Assembly (NCBI RefSeq): GCF_000181795.1
Contig: NW_003526943.1
Location: 9,656,849-9,720,848, forward strand
Length of the DNA stretch: 64,000 nt
Direction: 5' to 3'
From: Trichinella spiralis
Lineage: Eukaryota
The notes under the pieces are model-generated. The model was not told the origin of the DNA. It searched no databases and saw only the letters and a list, made by a program, of their open reading frames with translations. The translations under genes and the position numbers were made by a program. This document shows positions 1 through 15,014 of this stretch, one piece after another (position 1 is the first letter of the stretch; every line of letters starts with the position of its first letter).

Positions 1-165
1 ATAATAATGTTAAAACATTTTTAATACTGATTCTACATTGAAATAATCTTTATTTTATTATTTCAGTATTTTTCTTAATAACCTGAAAATCATATGGTAC
101 GGAATGACTGTAATTTACCTAATGACGGTGTTTTTTCGTTTAAAACTACTTGAAGCTTTGCTATG
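1..165. repeat. Dispersed direct repeat, copy A (truncated by the window edge)
   Basis: Aligns by eye with 29449-29612, e.g. 'ttaataacctgaaaatcat(a/t)tggtac' and 'gtttaaaactact(t/a)gaagcttt(g/a)ctatg'. Confidence 0.8.
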
Positions 166-732
166 CAGATGAGATGATTAGGCGAATTCTATTATGCAGG
201 ATCAGAAAAGTTTGCCCCATTTGGCATCCCCTATCGTCCTCGTGAAGTAGAAAGATGGGTCATGTCGGTTTTGTGTCGAGTTTAGCGAGACGCTTTAACC
301 CCTCAATCTTTACTTCCGCTTCCTTCTGGACTCCACCAAGTAGTCTTCTCACTCTGTTGCTCTATGCTTCTTTTCACTGCTTGTTGAAAGTAATTTTTTC
401 TCTCATGTGCATATTCTCTGGTTTTACAAATTTATCAAGATCATTTTCATTTAGCGTGAATTTTTTTATGATTGAAACACTTTCATTTTCATATTATCAG
501 TAAAACAACTAGTATAAATAGTAAAAATGAGATAAGAGTTTTCAGTATAATTTGTTGCACAAAAAACTTTTCCTTCAGTAATGACGACATCCGCTGAGGT
601 TTGAAATTGGCTGGAATTGTCTGCTTTTGTCTTATATGAAAAAAGTTAGGGCAGTATAAAATGAAATTTACAACTCCTATGTTTTCAATTTCTGTGCATG
701 ATTTTATTCTGATTCTTTTCATCTGCCATCTC

Positions 733-1065
733 TTGGCTGATGATTTGCATTTGGTTTTAAAGAATCGAAATAATTATAATTTAGTATATGAATGTAGAGT
801 TTATCAACGGAAACAAATTTTGAAAGTCAACAGTGAGTTTGCCAACGGGTAAATATTATTCATTAATTGTGCACTTTTCATGAATTATCATTATTTTTTG
901 TGTGTAGGTAAAAAGAGGATGCAAGGGTTCAGTACACACGAACTAAGATGTAAATACTGTGTTGAGATGTGCTCCTCATGCGGATAACTGCACCCCAGAC
1001 AGTTCCATTCTATCTAAAATTGAAATAAAAAATAATCTTAAACGTTGCGCAGCTGAAGAGACTGT
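733..1065 (+). mobile_element. Degenerate FLYWCH zinc-finger N-terminus of a Mutator-like (MULE) transposase
   Basis: LADDLHLVLKNRNNYNLVYECRVYQRK, then after an AG acceptor near 908, VKRGCKGSVHTN*DVNTVLRCAPH and a shifted LKRCAAEET. Parallels the N-terminus of the element at 1694. Contains a stop and a frameshift. Confidence 0.6.
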
Positions 1066-1693
1066 AAGAGTCTGGGCTAGCTGATGACGCTTGCTGTTGA
1101 TCTGTTTCAGTTTAAGTTTTTGTATTGAATATTAAATAACGCAATTGTAGTACTGATGACTTAACTTTCTTATTTTCAAAGGTTTATTAAATTTAATTTA
1201 ATCCATATTCATGAAGTTCTACCATTCATATAATATCTATTTTCTTTCAAAATATTTGTTTTACATTTCACACGTTTCAGTCATCAGCATTTTTAATACT
1301 AATTTTTTTGTTATTCTTTATTTTGTTTTTGTTCCATAATGACGTTTTATAAAATAAGATAGAAATAGTTCAACAAAAGCATATAAATAAATTTTTCTTT
1401 TCTTACAATTAAAGGTTTTCAATTTCTAGGTTTTTGTTTTTTTTAATAAAAGTTAATTATGTATTTTTTGAACAGTATTTAGGGTTTGGGGTAGAAGAAA
1501 ATTTTCTTTTTCTGTCCTGTTCATTATTTTTACAATTGCAGATACTCTTGTTAATTAGCCGGTTGGAGCTGATTAGTTCAAACAAGAAAAACAAATTCAT
1601 CAAAATTTATGGGACCGCATTGACATTTGAGATTTGAAGCATCGTCTCATTTTACGATTTGAATCATTTTCTTTTCTGTTCCTTATTCTCGCA

Positions 1694-2823
1694 ATGGCTG
1701 ATATCTCTGAGCTAGGTCTTGTGACAAACTGTTGCGGTGGTATGTCCCTTGTATATGAAGGCAGGGCGTACAAATTTAAATTTACCGGTAAGCAGAGGAA
1801 ATGTTGGGGGTGTTCAAAAGTATGTGCTGAATGTATTGAATGTGTTCCTTCTCATTAACAATTCGTTTGTTTCTGTATAGGACAAGAAGGGCTACAAAGA
1901 TGCAGTATCCACCAACGTGGATATAACAGCTGTGCTCAGGCAGACCTGTCACATGGGAGCATCACCGGTGGATCAGCACCTGGTATACAAAATGGCGGAT
2001 TTGAAATAGCGGAGCACGGAAGAAACGAAACCCATCCCCCTCATATACGACGAAGAAGCCTCTGCCGCCGCCACTGTGACATCTCGCTATTTTCCGGTTT
2101 TTAAACGGGTGCAGTTCGCGAGGTACAACCACCGGTCAAAGAGCTTTCCTAGACTTCCTGAGCATCGTCAGGACCTGCAAATCCCTGACGCATTCAGGAC
2201 AACGAAGGCCGGTAAAAATTTGTTGCTGTGGCAGAGTGCATTGAGGCACATTGTGGTGTTTGCGACAGGTAACAACATTGGACTGCTGGGGCAAACCAAA
2301 ACTTGGGGCATGGATGGTACATTCTGAGTGGTACCTAAATGGTATCGACAGCTTTTTAACATCTATGTTTTTGTGACCAGTAAGCTGCTGCCAGCACTCT
2401 ATTGTTTATGTACCGGTTAAGATATTGGCACTTACGGACCTTTTCAAGCATTAATAAACAAAGCGGCAGTTCTGGAAGTCGATCTTAATCCAGATACTAT
2501 TATCTGTGATTTTGAAACAGCCCTGATACCTGCGATTCAGGACTACTTTCTGAATACGCGGGTACAGGGTTGTTATTTCCGCTTCTGCCAAGCGATACTT
2601 AGGAAAGTCAGTGAGCTGGGATTGAAAAAGCTATCGAAGCGATGAAGAAACAAAAAGAAAAATCAAAATGCTTCTATGCACCGTTTTTCTCTTCCCTGTA
2701 CCGCAAGCTGATACTGATGTTAGATTGTCTGAAGCAGGCTGTATGATGGTCTGACTGCTTAATTTCATTACTTTAGGTAGGAGTGGATGACCGATGATAG
2801 ACTGCTGCTTTAGAATATACATA
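1694..2823 (+). mobile_element. FLYWCH-MULE transposase pseudogene
   Basis: MADISELGLVTNCCGGMSLVYEGRAYK...WGCSK (FLYWCH-like, intron ~1820-1880), WGMDGTF (first D), ICDFETALIPAI (second D), VQGCYFRFCQAI (CxxH motif with H>R). Several in-frame stops and frameshifts. Confidence 0.85.
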
Positions 2824-3899
2824 ATTTTAGAACATATGTTATTTGCGTTTTGTTATATTGTTGTTGTTGAAGGTTGAAAAATAGCAAATCATTTCGCTGT
2901 ATTATCTTGATATATGTCTTAAAATGCTATCTCATTTCATTAAACTTAATTTAGTTTCCATAATAATAAAATATAGGAAAAGTTTTAAAAGTGGTATTAC
3001 AAACACAGATTACTAAAATCTTTCAAACAGAAAAATAAATATTTAGATAAAAACCGCTATTATACGAATGAGAAAACAACTGTATTGGATAAAAGTGTTA
3101 TCAAAGATAATGTTGTCACAGAATCAATTGTTACGTAATTAAAACGTTTGTACCAATGAAATGAAAAATATTGTAGCTAATCAAAACCAAGTAATTTGAG
3201 TCAATGAAAAGTTAGATGAGAGAACCAATCTCAGGCGCCTTAAGTATGAAATGAGGGCACATGCCATTATCATCCAATGAGAGCACAATTTCAGACAATC
3301 AGTTGGAAAACGCGAGGAAAATTCTGACCGCTTTGGACCCTTCTGAAAGGTGTAATAAACATTTGAAACGATTGTTTTGCGTTTGTTTTATAAATCAAAT
3401 ATCCAACATATCTTCAAAAAGAATAAGCTGCCGTAAGGTCAGCTCTGGTGACCATAACAGCTGTAAGCTGTGGTGGCCCAGCATACAACAACAAGGGGGA
3501 GGACTAACCTCTTGCTGTGACGGAAAGTCCATTGCAAAATGAAGCCCAAACCATACATATCTAATAAATGAACATGAAAAATCAATTCATTCGTCAAATC
3601 AACATTAACATATTCCGTAGAACTTTCAAAAAACTTTGAATTCAAAAATTCATGATATGTAGTGAATTTAAAATAAAATGAATCAAACTTATAAAAATAA
3701 CGTTGAACTTCTAAACGCAGTGAAATGGTTGATTGCAATATTTATTTGCTTCAGTAATTGCACAGCAAAAATAAATGAAATTTACTTAATCACGTCATAT
3801 AGCATTATAAATATTTTTCAATTAATTCACCAACACAAATATATATAAACCTACAATGAGCAGTTTGTCATTAATTCACACGCAGTCATATATCAATAA

Positions 3900-5941
3900 A
3901 TGCTGAGGCGCTTCAAATTAATTGTTCTTTCACTTTCGTTTTTATTAAATATCACAGTTTCACAAAATCTAAAATGCAAAGCCAATGATGGAGTAGCAGA
4001 CGCAGATTGGTAAGCTTTGACATAAGAGTTGACAGTTTAGATTTCAAATAAAATAAAATACAATAAAGCAATCAAAGTTTTCTTGCTTTTCAACACAAAC
4101 CATATCTCCTTATATCAATAAACTCATACGATGAAAATTAAAATAAATTAATTACTTGCACTGCTTATAAATAAATCTTAACTGATACCTTTAATAATAC
4201 ATTTTTGCACGTTCATTAATTTCATATCAAACTGCTTGAAAGCAAAACACATAAACACGATGCAGGCAACCAAAGCAATGTACATAGGGCTATATTATAC
4301 AAAGGACCAACACAAGCTAATGGTAAAGTGCTCCTTTCAACAGCACCTGGAAATTGGGCTGATGGAGCAGCACAGCTTACAGCAGCAGCAGGACATTCAT
4401 TTGCAGGATCATTAACAGGTGTTGTAGCAAACGCTCAAGATATAACGTTTCTTGCGTACAACAATGTTCCACCAGCAGTACCAAACGTACAAACGAAATC
4501 TAACAGCAAAGGTAGAAAACTTAGGAATTCACAAAATATATGTATAATTTCATGCAGTGTATGATGCAGGAGTCATTATTGTAAGCACAGCTGCTAGAGC
4601 AAATGAAGGAAGATGGATTGTACATACTGTTCCAGGATTTCCGGCAGCGAAAACAGGTTACAACTGGCCTGCAGCTGAAACTGCTAAAGGACATTTACTA
4701 ATCTGCATGACTATCGCAGAAACACAAATCAACGCAATAGGTTGGTCAATAACCATAACTATATTGCAAATAATTTTGAAATCATTGCAGCTTCATATTA
4801 AAAATAATTCTGACTAAAATTATTATAAAAACTTAGAAAAATATTCTCAGGACATTGAAAAATAATCAGAAAACAGTTTTATCAAAGAACGTATAGTAAA
4901 GAACTTTAATTTGTATCAATTTCTTAAAAAAATAAATGTTAGCATTAAATGATGCTAACATTAATATTCAGTTCACATCTTTTCATTTAGCCGCATCATT
5001 AATTCGAGCTGAACCATTTGTGTATTACAATGATATTCCTGAATCAGAAACTGCAGGAATGGGAGATTTTAAAAAATTAGCAGAAGGACAAACTGCTACC
5101 TTGCCACCATTTACGATCAAGCAATCAATTAAAATTACAGCTGCAGCTCCTATAGACGTTCATATTTACAGTAAATCTGCTAAATCTAGATATGGTATGT
5201 AAATCAAAACATGTAATTTGTTTCTCATGTTTAATGTAATTTATTTATTATATTTTTTTGCTAATAGCGGTAAGTACATAACAAGCATTGTCATAAAATT
5301 ATATAATTAAAATTTATTAACAAGAATTATTTATTAATATTTAGCAACAATATTCATTTATAGAAAATGCAAAATGTATTTCCATTGATCAAGAAGTCTT
5401 ACCTTTTCAATATAATTCGAACTAATCTTGTTGGGCAATTTATGATCACTAAAAGAATATCACTGTATTTTAAATGCAACTCAAATCATTATTACATATT
5501 AGATCAACAATTAAATTTACCAGAAAAGCAGATCAGAATACAATTTAAATTTTAGAATTTTACAAGAAAGTCATTTTAAAAAAACTCAAGAAAACTATAA
5601 AGGTGTGGTCAAGAAGAGACAATAAATTGAAAGGAGACTGTAGAGTTATAGAAAGGAATGTTCGTTTAATTAAAAGCCCAGCTCAAATTGGTGATCATGC
5701 CACTAATATAGAAGCAGATCAATCTAATTGGATTGTTTCAGAACCTGGAAATATATTTTGTTTCACAGATAAGCCATATGCTGTAACTATTTTAAAAGTA
5801 AAATAATTTTCATATTATTATTCAGTTGTAATTTAGAAAAGTCAAGCAGCTGAACCTGCGATGGCAGTTTGCATTGACCAAAATGCAATTTTTGCTCGAT
5901 TTGATGCCATTGCTGCCCAAGTTGAAAATTGCCCACAATGA
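3900..5941 (+). CDS. Secreted DNase II-family (plancitoxin-like) protein, copy 1; 6 exons (3900-4009, 4288-4511, 4570-4740, 4991-5194, 5556-5782, 5837-5941)
   Basis: Signal peptide MLRRFKLIVLSLSFLLNITVSQ, C...DW-AILYKGP, FLAYNNVPP, WIVHTVPGFP, GHLLICM. GT-AG introns keep the frame. Ends ENCPQ*. Active-site positions read SNSKG and DQSNW. Confidence 0.9.
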
Positions 5942-6915
5942 AAAGCAGTAAGAAATTATAAAGTAATATCGTGGAATATTTCAAACTAAAGTACCAACTG
6001 CCTTATTTTTGCTGGTTTTTTCTGTGATTTTATGAATCATAGTTTTTGTACTGGCACATTTATATTCATATTATTGTTTTGTTGTGCAAACAGTCTTTAT
6101 TTGTAAAGTTTCTTAGAGTTTTATAAAACCAAATGCTCAATATTCTAAGACAGCATCAGAGTTGCAATAAATTACAGAGATGAGCAGTGTATATTAAAAT
6201 AATTAAACTGCTTATCCAATTTTACATTTACAAAGTGAATGCATTGGCTGGTATTAAAAATAACCAAATCAGAATTGAAAAAAGTAATGTGAATTTTCAA
6301 AAACACGAAAACATTTCAAAAATAAAAAAACATTTTTTAAATGTTGATTTGGAGAACATTACTACAATGAAAACTGGCTGAAAAATGCATTTTTCAGCAA
6401 CAAACATTTTACTGCCATTTATTTAAATTTACGCAATTTCATGAAAGTGGAATCAAATACTTTGAATCAGAAAATTTCTGCCATACCAGTAATTGGCAAG
6501 AATGTCTAAACAATGGCTTGAAGGAAACAGTATTTAATTTTCAGTATGACAGCTATTAATATCATTGAAAAAGAATATTAATCACTGATAAAATAATGTT
6601 GGGATAAAAGTAAGCATAATAAAAATAATTTCAAATATGAAAGCAGCACTATGTACCGCAACAATAAAATATAATTTGGAATTAAATCAAGCCAGTTTAT
6701 AAAAACAATATTGAAATAAAGTGAAATGAAACTCACAATTACAGAATTTATTTATTTGAATTTTTCCCAGTACAGATTAATTGCATTTATATAGCCACTT
6801 TCTTTAAGGCCATAAATATTTTTCATTCATTTTATTCACACAAACAGATATGTGTATTTATACATGTAAGGGAAAGAAGATTATCATCAATTCATACACA
6901 AATACGTGTTTCAAA

Positions 6916-8990
6916 ATGCTGACATTAGTTCTGATGCTTTTGCTACAATCAGACATTACAATTTCACAAAACTCCAAATGCAAAAACAAAGCTGGTGCAA
7001 GAGATGCAGACTGGTAAGTTTCATTATCAATGATACCATTTCAAAGACAAAAAAGATAAAAAAATTGTTACACAACATTCATTAAAATTAATTACAATTT
7101 GTGAAGTATTTTCATTTTTTCATGCTGAAAATAAAACTGACAAACTAATTTAAAACTGCATAAAAGTTTGATTGAAACTGCACAGCTCAACCGTTCTTCT
7201 AATAACGTCTAAAAAAATTTCATTCCGCTAGTTTTTCAGTTTATTTCTTCCATAATCTATAAAAATCAGAACTACTAAAAATAATACAATATGTCAAAAC
7301 ACGTATAGGGTAATATTATACAAAGGCCCTGCACAGAACACTGGTAAATTACTTGCATCAGATGTCCCTGGCAATTGGGACGATGGAGCACGTGATGTAG
7401 CACAAGTAAATGGACATTCTTTTGCAGCCACACTGACTGATGTAGTAGGAAACAACAATAATGATGTAAAGTTCCTTGCATACAACAACGTTCCTCCAGG
7501 AATACCAAATGTGAAAACAAAATCTAACGGCAAAGGTAGAAAATGTTGAAATTTAAATGTTTTACAATTACCTATCATTTATTCTAAACAGGAATTATTA
7601 TAATCCGCACAACAGTTGGACAAAATGATGGCGCATGGATTGTACATACTGTTCCAGGATTTCCAAAAGCAAGAACAGGCTACAGCTGGCCTGCAGCTGA
7701 GATTGCAAAAGGACATTTACTAATTTGCATGACCATCGCAAAAACCCAGATCAATGCAATAGGTTAGTCTTCAGCAAAATCTCAATTGATATTTCAAATA
7801 ATTTAAGCAACACAGCTTTTCTTAAACTGAAAATAATTCTGATTTAATTATTAGAATAACTTTGAAAGATAATGTCAAAACATGCAAGCAATAGTATACT
7901 GAAAATAATTCTATCAGAACTTCCAATTGTATTATTTTAATTAACAAGTGCATATTAGCATTAAATGCTGTAATAAGTTTTACATTGATTACATTTTTGT
8001 CATTTAGCTGCGTCATTATTTCGTGCTGAACCATTTGTATATTACAATGATATCCCAGAAACAGAAACAGTAGGAATGCCAGATTTCAAAAAGTTAGCAG
8101 AAGGACAAATTCCTACTACGTCACCATTCACTATCAGTCGATCAATAAAACTGACGGGTGCAGGTGCTGTATCTGTTCAAATCTTCAGTAAATCAGCTAA
8201 ATCTCGATATGGTAAGTACGTGAAAACTGCTTTAATAATTTAAAGTCAATTGTTCATATTTTCGTGACTTTTTTATAATTTTTGATAAACAATTTTTTCT
8301 GCAACAACAGTATGCACAATATAAAACAATGAACGCCACAGATCTATAAATGCAATTCATTAAATGCCTAGAATGACTCTAATGATCAGCAGCATCTTGA
8401 CATAAAACCCTAAATGGTAGAAATTTTAGGGGTTTCTTTTTAAAATGGAATAACATGTTTTTTTGAGGTGATTTCAACTAATGCTCAAAAATCTTTAACT
8501 TTATAGTTGATTGCCGAATGCAGATTTCATGAAAGCAACGTATTTAATCATTAACAAATTTTTCTGAGAAAGCAGCCACAATAAATTTACAAATGTCTTT
8601 TTAGAAATGTACAGGAAAGTTATATTAAGAGGACTGAAAAAAACCATAAAGGTTTGGTCTAGAAGAGACAATAAATTGAAAGGAGACTGTAGAGTTTTAC
8701 AAAGGAATATTCGTTTAATTAAAAGCCCAGCTCAAATTGGTGATCAAGCCACTAATATTGAGGCTGACGAATCAAATTGGATTGTTTCAGAACCTGGAAA
8801 TATATTTTGCTTCATGGATAAACCATATGCTGTAACTATTCTAAAAGTAAAATAATTTTCATGTTTTCATTCTATTGTAATTTAGAAAAGTCAAGCGACA
8901 GAACCTGCGCTGGCAGCTTGTTTTGACCAAGCTGCAATTTTTGCTAGATTTAATACTATTGCTGCTCAAGTTGAAAACTGTCCACAATGA
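6916..8990 (+). CDS. Secreted DNase II-family protein, copy 2; 6 exons
   Basis: MLTLVLMLLLQSDITISQNSKCKNKAGARDADW; same intron positions as copy 1; SNGKG, WIVHTVPGFP, DESNW; ends ENCPQ*. Confidence 0.9.
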
Positions 8991-10821
8991 AAAGCTGTAT
9001 GAAATTGTAATCCAAATTTTTACCTAATTTGAAAGTAACATCTGCTGCAATAAACAGCTGTTTTATTGTAAACCCTTTTGAATTTTTTTATTAATATTAG
9101 TTTTATCTTCTTAGAAATCAGTTCACTTTAAATTGCAGTGCAGTAAAGAAACGTTTTGTTACACGTCTCCACATTCTTATGTTTTATGATTCAGTTAAAT
9201 AATGGACCTATTAAAATGAACAGAATTGAACGGTAGAGATTCATTATAATGCATGCGTTATTTTTTCAGACAAAATTTTCACGTTTGATAATGTTTAGCT
9301 GCTGCGAAATACTGGCATACTGCTTGACTAAGTAATACATTGCTCTGTTTTGATGGACTACTAAGTGAACATTCAGAATGAATAGCCTAGTTGTTGCAGT
9401 TGAGTAACACCGAGATTCTAACCTCCTAAATATATGAAAGGTACGTTAAGAAATTTTAGTGGAAAACTGTAATGAGAAGTGTAACGAATGATAGCGCATA
9501 GATATTTTTTGAAAATTTCTACTTTATATTATGTTCCGTTAAATGTTTTACAAGTTTCTGAATTTTACTTATAAAAATGAGATTTTTGGCGGCTTTGCTA
9601 ATGTTATATATTACTGTACTATTTTTAGATGGAAATATTACTTTAAGTTGTTGAAATCGTCGAACAGCTGATTATTAATAATTTCATGAAAATCCTAGTT
9701 GTCAAACATATTGATTACATTAATTTTCATTAGTCAGTTTTACGCAGTTTTATGAAATTCTGTTTTAAAGATTAAAACGTTAAATTGCAGCAACAACTGT
9801 TATGACATTAGGCACGGACAAAATAATTTATATTACTGAGTTTTTAAAAAATATCTGTAAATAATATCTAAAAACGTTCAAACGTCAAGCATTCCCTCCA
9901 TAGATAAAAACTTATAAGAATAATATCATATCATGGAAAGCCATAAATAATCCACCGTTCTATAAGCAAATTATATCTGAGATATTAAAAGATGTCTATC
10001 CGCATTATCGTTGTGTTCCATAAGCAAGCTTTACTCATAATATTTTATAAAAGTTATTGCAAAAAATTGCTAAGCTTGTTATTTGACATAAAAGCTGCAA
10101 AAAATCACAGAACTAAAGAATATGAATTAACATAATTTTTAAATTACAGATTTAGTTTTACATTTTTGAAATAAATATGCTGGCTGAAATTAAAAATCAC
10201 TAAATGAAAAATGAAAAAATTAATCCATAATTTTTGAAATATAAAATAATTAGCTACGTCTTTGTTGCTGAAGGCAATATGTTCAAAAAGTAGTACGTCT
10301 ATGTTGCTTGAAGAAAAGAAGTTTACTGATATTTATTTACACTTGCGTAATTTCATGAAAGTGGAATGAAGCATCCAGAATCACATAATGTTAGCCACAA
10401 AGAAACGTGCAGGAATGCCTAAAAATCAGCTCAATAAAAAGTAATAGTGAAAACTTAATATAACTCATGCAAATACCAATAGCAAAATAAATATCACGGA
10501 TAAAATGCCTGTAAATAAAAAAAATAAAAATTATTTTAACAATGAAAATAACATTATGTACTGAAAAGGTAAAATAAAATTGCATCAAGCCAATCTTCAA
10601 AAATAACATTGAAATTAAATGCAGTAAACTTCACAATTACAATACTTGTTTATTTGAGTATTTACGCAATGCAGCTTAATTGCATGTCCAGAATCATTCT
10701 ATATGGCGCTACAAATATTTTTCAGCCAAAACATTTACACACACACACACACACACGCATATATTTAAATCTAAGAGGTAAGAAATTTATCAATAATTCA
10801 TGCACAAATACATGTTTTGAA

Positions 10822-12971
10822 ATGCTAACACTAGTGTTCACGCTTCTGCTACTGCCAAATTTCACAATTTCACAAGATTCCAAATGTAAAAATGCAAATG
10901 GTGCAGGAGATGCAGATTGGTAAGTTTCATTAATACCGACAATAATTTATATACAAAACATGATAAATAAAATAATCCATTAAAATTCATTACAAATAAA
11001 ATTGATTATAATTTATAAATTTCCTCATCTTTTACTTCGTATTGATAATAAAACCAATGGTCAACAGATTATATAAAAGTAACAGAAGCTAAAACAAAAT
11101 TTAATGTAATTCATGAAATTTTATAATTTACTATTAAATGTTGAAATGGCCTTACACACTCACGCACCCAAATATGCATCACAAGCAATAAATAAATTGT
11201 TTATCTTCTTATTGCTATGTTTATAAAAACAAAATCCATAAGCATAATACAGGAAAGCGAAACAAATATAGGGCTATATTATACAAAGGGCCTAGACAAG
11301 ACAGGGGTAAATTCCTGGCCTCAAACGCGCCTGACAATTGGGTAGATGGAGCAGCAGTTGTTACAGATGCGGCTGGACATTCATTTGCAGGAGCACTGAA
11401 CGGTGTAGTAGGAAACAACGCAAATGTAAAATTCCTTGCATACAACAACGTTCCTCCAGGAATACCAAATGTGAAAACAAAATCTAACGGCAAAGGTAGA
11501 AAATGTTCATATCTAAATGTCTAACAATTACCTATCTTTTATCGTAAACAGGAGTTATTATGATCAGCACGGCAGTTGGTGCAAATGACGGAGCGTGGAT
11601 TGTACATACTGTTCCAGGATTTCCAAAAGCAAGAACAGGCTACAGCTGGCCTGCAGCTGAAATTGCAAAAGGACATTTACTAATTTGCATGACTATCGCA
11701 GAAACCCAGATCAACGCAATAGGTTGGTATTTAGCAAGATCTCCAGTAATATTTAAAATAATTCAAGCAGCATAGCTTTTTTTAAACTGAAAATAATTCT
11801 GATTTAATCATTAGAAAATCCTTGAAAGATAATATTAGAATATTTAAAGAAAAGTATTCTGAAAATAGCTATATTAAAACATTAACAGAAAAGAACTTCA
11901 AATTGCCTTATGTTCATTAAAAAAATATATGTTAGCATTAAATGCTGCAAAAAGTTTTACATTGTTTACATTTCTTCATTCAGCTGCGTCATTATTTCGT
12001 GCTCAACCATTTGTATATTACAATGATATCCCAGAAACAGAAACAGTAGGAATGCCAGATTTCAAAAAGTTAGCAGAAGGACAAATTCCTACTACGCCAC
12101 CATTCACTATCAGCCAAACAATAAAACTCACGGGTGCAGGCGCTGTACCTGTTCATATCTACAGTAAATCAGCGAAATCAAGATATGGTAAGTGAAAACT
12201 GTTTTAATAATTAAAAGTCAGTTTTTCGTAACTTCTATATTTTTTATTTTTTTTTCACAAATAATTTTTTCTACAACAACAGTATGTATAACTCAAAACA
12301 GTGAACGCTATTGATCAATAAATGCAAATCATTAAATGCCTATAATGACACCAAATGATCAGCAGCATCTCAACATATAAACCTGAAAAAATGAAATTTT
12401 GGGGGTTACTTTGTAAAATAGCAAAAAAAGTTTTTGATTTTTAGGTGATTTCAGCTAATACAGCATGCAAAAATTTATGGAGGAATGCTGAGCGCAAATT
12501 TTGCAATAGGAGCATATCAGAGCATTAATTCATTTTTCTTTGAAAGCAAGCACAATAAATTTACAATTTACTTTTTACTTTTTAGAATTTTACAAGAAAG
12601 TCATATTAAAAAAACTCAAGAAAACTATAAAGGTGTGGTCTAGAAGAGACAATAAATTGAAAGGAGACTGTAGAGTTTTACAAAGGAATATTCGTCTAAT
12701 TAAAAGCCCAGCTCAAATTGGTGATCATGCCACTAATATTGAAGCTGACGAATCGAATTGGATTGTTTCAGAACCTGGAAATATATTTTGCTTTATGGAT
12801 AAGCCATATGCTGTAACTATACAAAAAGTAAAATAATTTTCATGTTTTCATTCTATTGGAATTTAGAAAAGTCAAGCGACAGAACCTGCGCTGGCAGCTT
12901 GTTTTGACCAAGCTGCAATTTTTGCAAGATTTAATACTATTGCTGCTCAAGTTGAAAACTGCCCACAGTGA
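10822..12971 (+). CDS. Secreted DNase II-family protein, copy 3; 6 exons
   Basis: MLTLVFTLLLLPNFTISQDSKCKNANGAGDADW; same exon structure; SNGKG, WIVHTVPGFP, DESNW; ends ENCPQ*. Confidence 0.9.
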
Positions 12972-14910
12972 ATAGCTGTGTGGAATTGAAAAGTAAAATT
13001 TTGCATTATTTGGAAGTAAAATTGGATAAACTAAACTGCTGTTTTATTGTAAACTGATTTGAAATCTTTTCATGAATAGCATTTGTAATTTATCTTCTTA
13101 GAAATGCGTTCACTTTAAAATAGAGTAAGGTACAGGAACATTTTGTTATACGTTTCCTCATTTTGAAATCATTTCATGTTGAAATTAAAGTGTTGTAAAC
13201 TAATGTTATGCTGCGTTTTCTCATTTTCATAATTTGAGTTGAATTACAGATCCACGAATATGAGCTGGTATAAAATTCATAATAATGCATGTCAGATATT
13301 TGCAGACTATATTTAGACGTTAGATTATCCTCAGCTGCTGAGAAATGCCGGTACACTGCTGTATTGCGCCATTAATGATTCCCCTTTGATAATCTATTAT
13401 GTGAAATATTCCTATTGTGCAGCCCATCTGCTGAAGTTGTGCATCAGTGAGATGCTAATTTTATGTTTGGGGTGTGCGTCAAGAATTTTTTGGAAGTAAC
13501 AGCAATGACAATTGTAGTAGGTGATAACGCATAGACATTCTTTGAAAATCTTTGCTTTTTGCTACATTCCATTTTATATTTTACGAAGAATGTCTTAGAA
13601 TTAATTTTATGCAGATGAGATATACCTAACACTTCACAATTCTTATATAATGCAGTGATATTTATTGTATAAAAATAATTTTTGCTCTTGTCTATTATGT
13701 TCTATATGTAAGCAATGACGTTCCATTTTTATACTTCATGGCTTGTTGAGCTTTCTTACGCCAAATTTTGGGCATTGCAACAGTAAAAATATTTGGTTAT
13801 ATAATTTTTCTAAATGTCTGATAATTAAGTTTTATTTTGAGAATGAAGATTTATAAATGAGTATAGCAGTAATTTCTATTTACAGAGGTCATTGAAAATG
13901 GTTATTAAAAATGTGCCATTTTGTAAGAAATGCCACTCATTTTATACGAACAAAATATTTCCTGTACTTTTTGTGGAAGGTCAGGTAAATCATTCTGTAT
14001 TGTAACTAATGAAATAATGGTCATGCTGATTTATAATATGCGTGTCACAGTATTTTTATGTCACACATTATTTTTAGAAGTAGATCATACAATTGATTTT
14101 GTAAATGCTGATAAGTACAGCAGGTGTCAATGAAAGGATTTAAAATTTTTTCTATAGAAATCAACTTTATTTGAAAACTTATAATTTGTTCAATTCTTCT
14201 TTAAAGATACCAAAGAAGCTTGCATAACTGCAATGGAATAAAATTTTGATTAATTTACTATAAGGCGATGCATACTTTTCCAATAACTTATAATTATTAT
14301 GAGTTTTGAAAATTTAATTGTCTATATATTTTACGGTAATTATCATGATGCGTTTTATATATGTTCAATAGCATTGCTGTTTTCTGCGTCATGCTGCGTG
14401 CATTAGATCTCTAATAGAATGTATTGTTACTTATATGATCGCCTTAGTACAATACCCATTTATGTTTAACATTTTTTTTCGTGATCTACATACCTATATG
14501 TTCATCTCATCTGTGAATAATGTTACCAGACAAAAAAAGCTTTGCTTTCTGGGAACACGAATTTCCTGAAGTTTTAAATCATACTCTAGCTGATCAAGTT
14601 ATACATGATATGTGTTACTAAATAAATTATAACTGCTCATACTTTATAAGAGTGTTATTCATACCTAAAAAAACAGGAATGTGAACCGAAACGCAAACGT
14701 TTTGGTATATCTGAAATATGAGACCCTACACATCGCCAAATTGAAAATTAAATCAAGCCATCCTTATAGAAAATGAAGCTGGTAATTATTATATTTGTTC
14801 ATCTGAACATTAACGTAATGAAGCTTAGTAGCATTTTGAGAATGACTCTATACGGCTTCATAAATATTTTCCAATCAACACATTCACGCAAATACACACA
14901 CGCGCACAGA

Positions 14911-14969
14911 TATATAAATAAAAATAAATAAATATAAATAAATAAATAAATATATATATATATATATAT
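14911..14969. repeat. (TAAA)n/(TA)n microsatellite upstream of DNase II copy 4
   Basis: Directly visible simple repeat. Confidence 0.85.
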
Positions 14970-15014
14970 GTCCCATTGTATGTCATTAATTGAAACACAT
15001 ATAGATGTTAACAA

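Noticed and set aside
3261..3542. 93-aa ORF upstream of DNase II copy 1
   Set aside because: No recognisable motif or splice structure, and no equivalent before the other copies.
8405..8435. Short ccctaaa/tttaggg hairpin in DNase II copy 2 intron 4
   Set aside because: Only ~7 bp perfect and not conserved in the homologous intron of copy 3.
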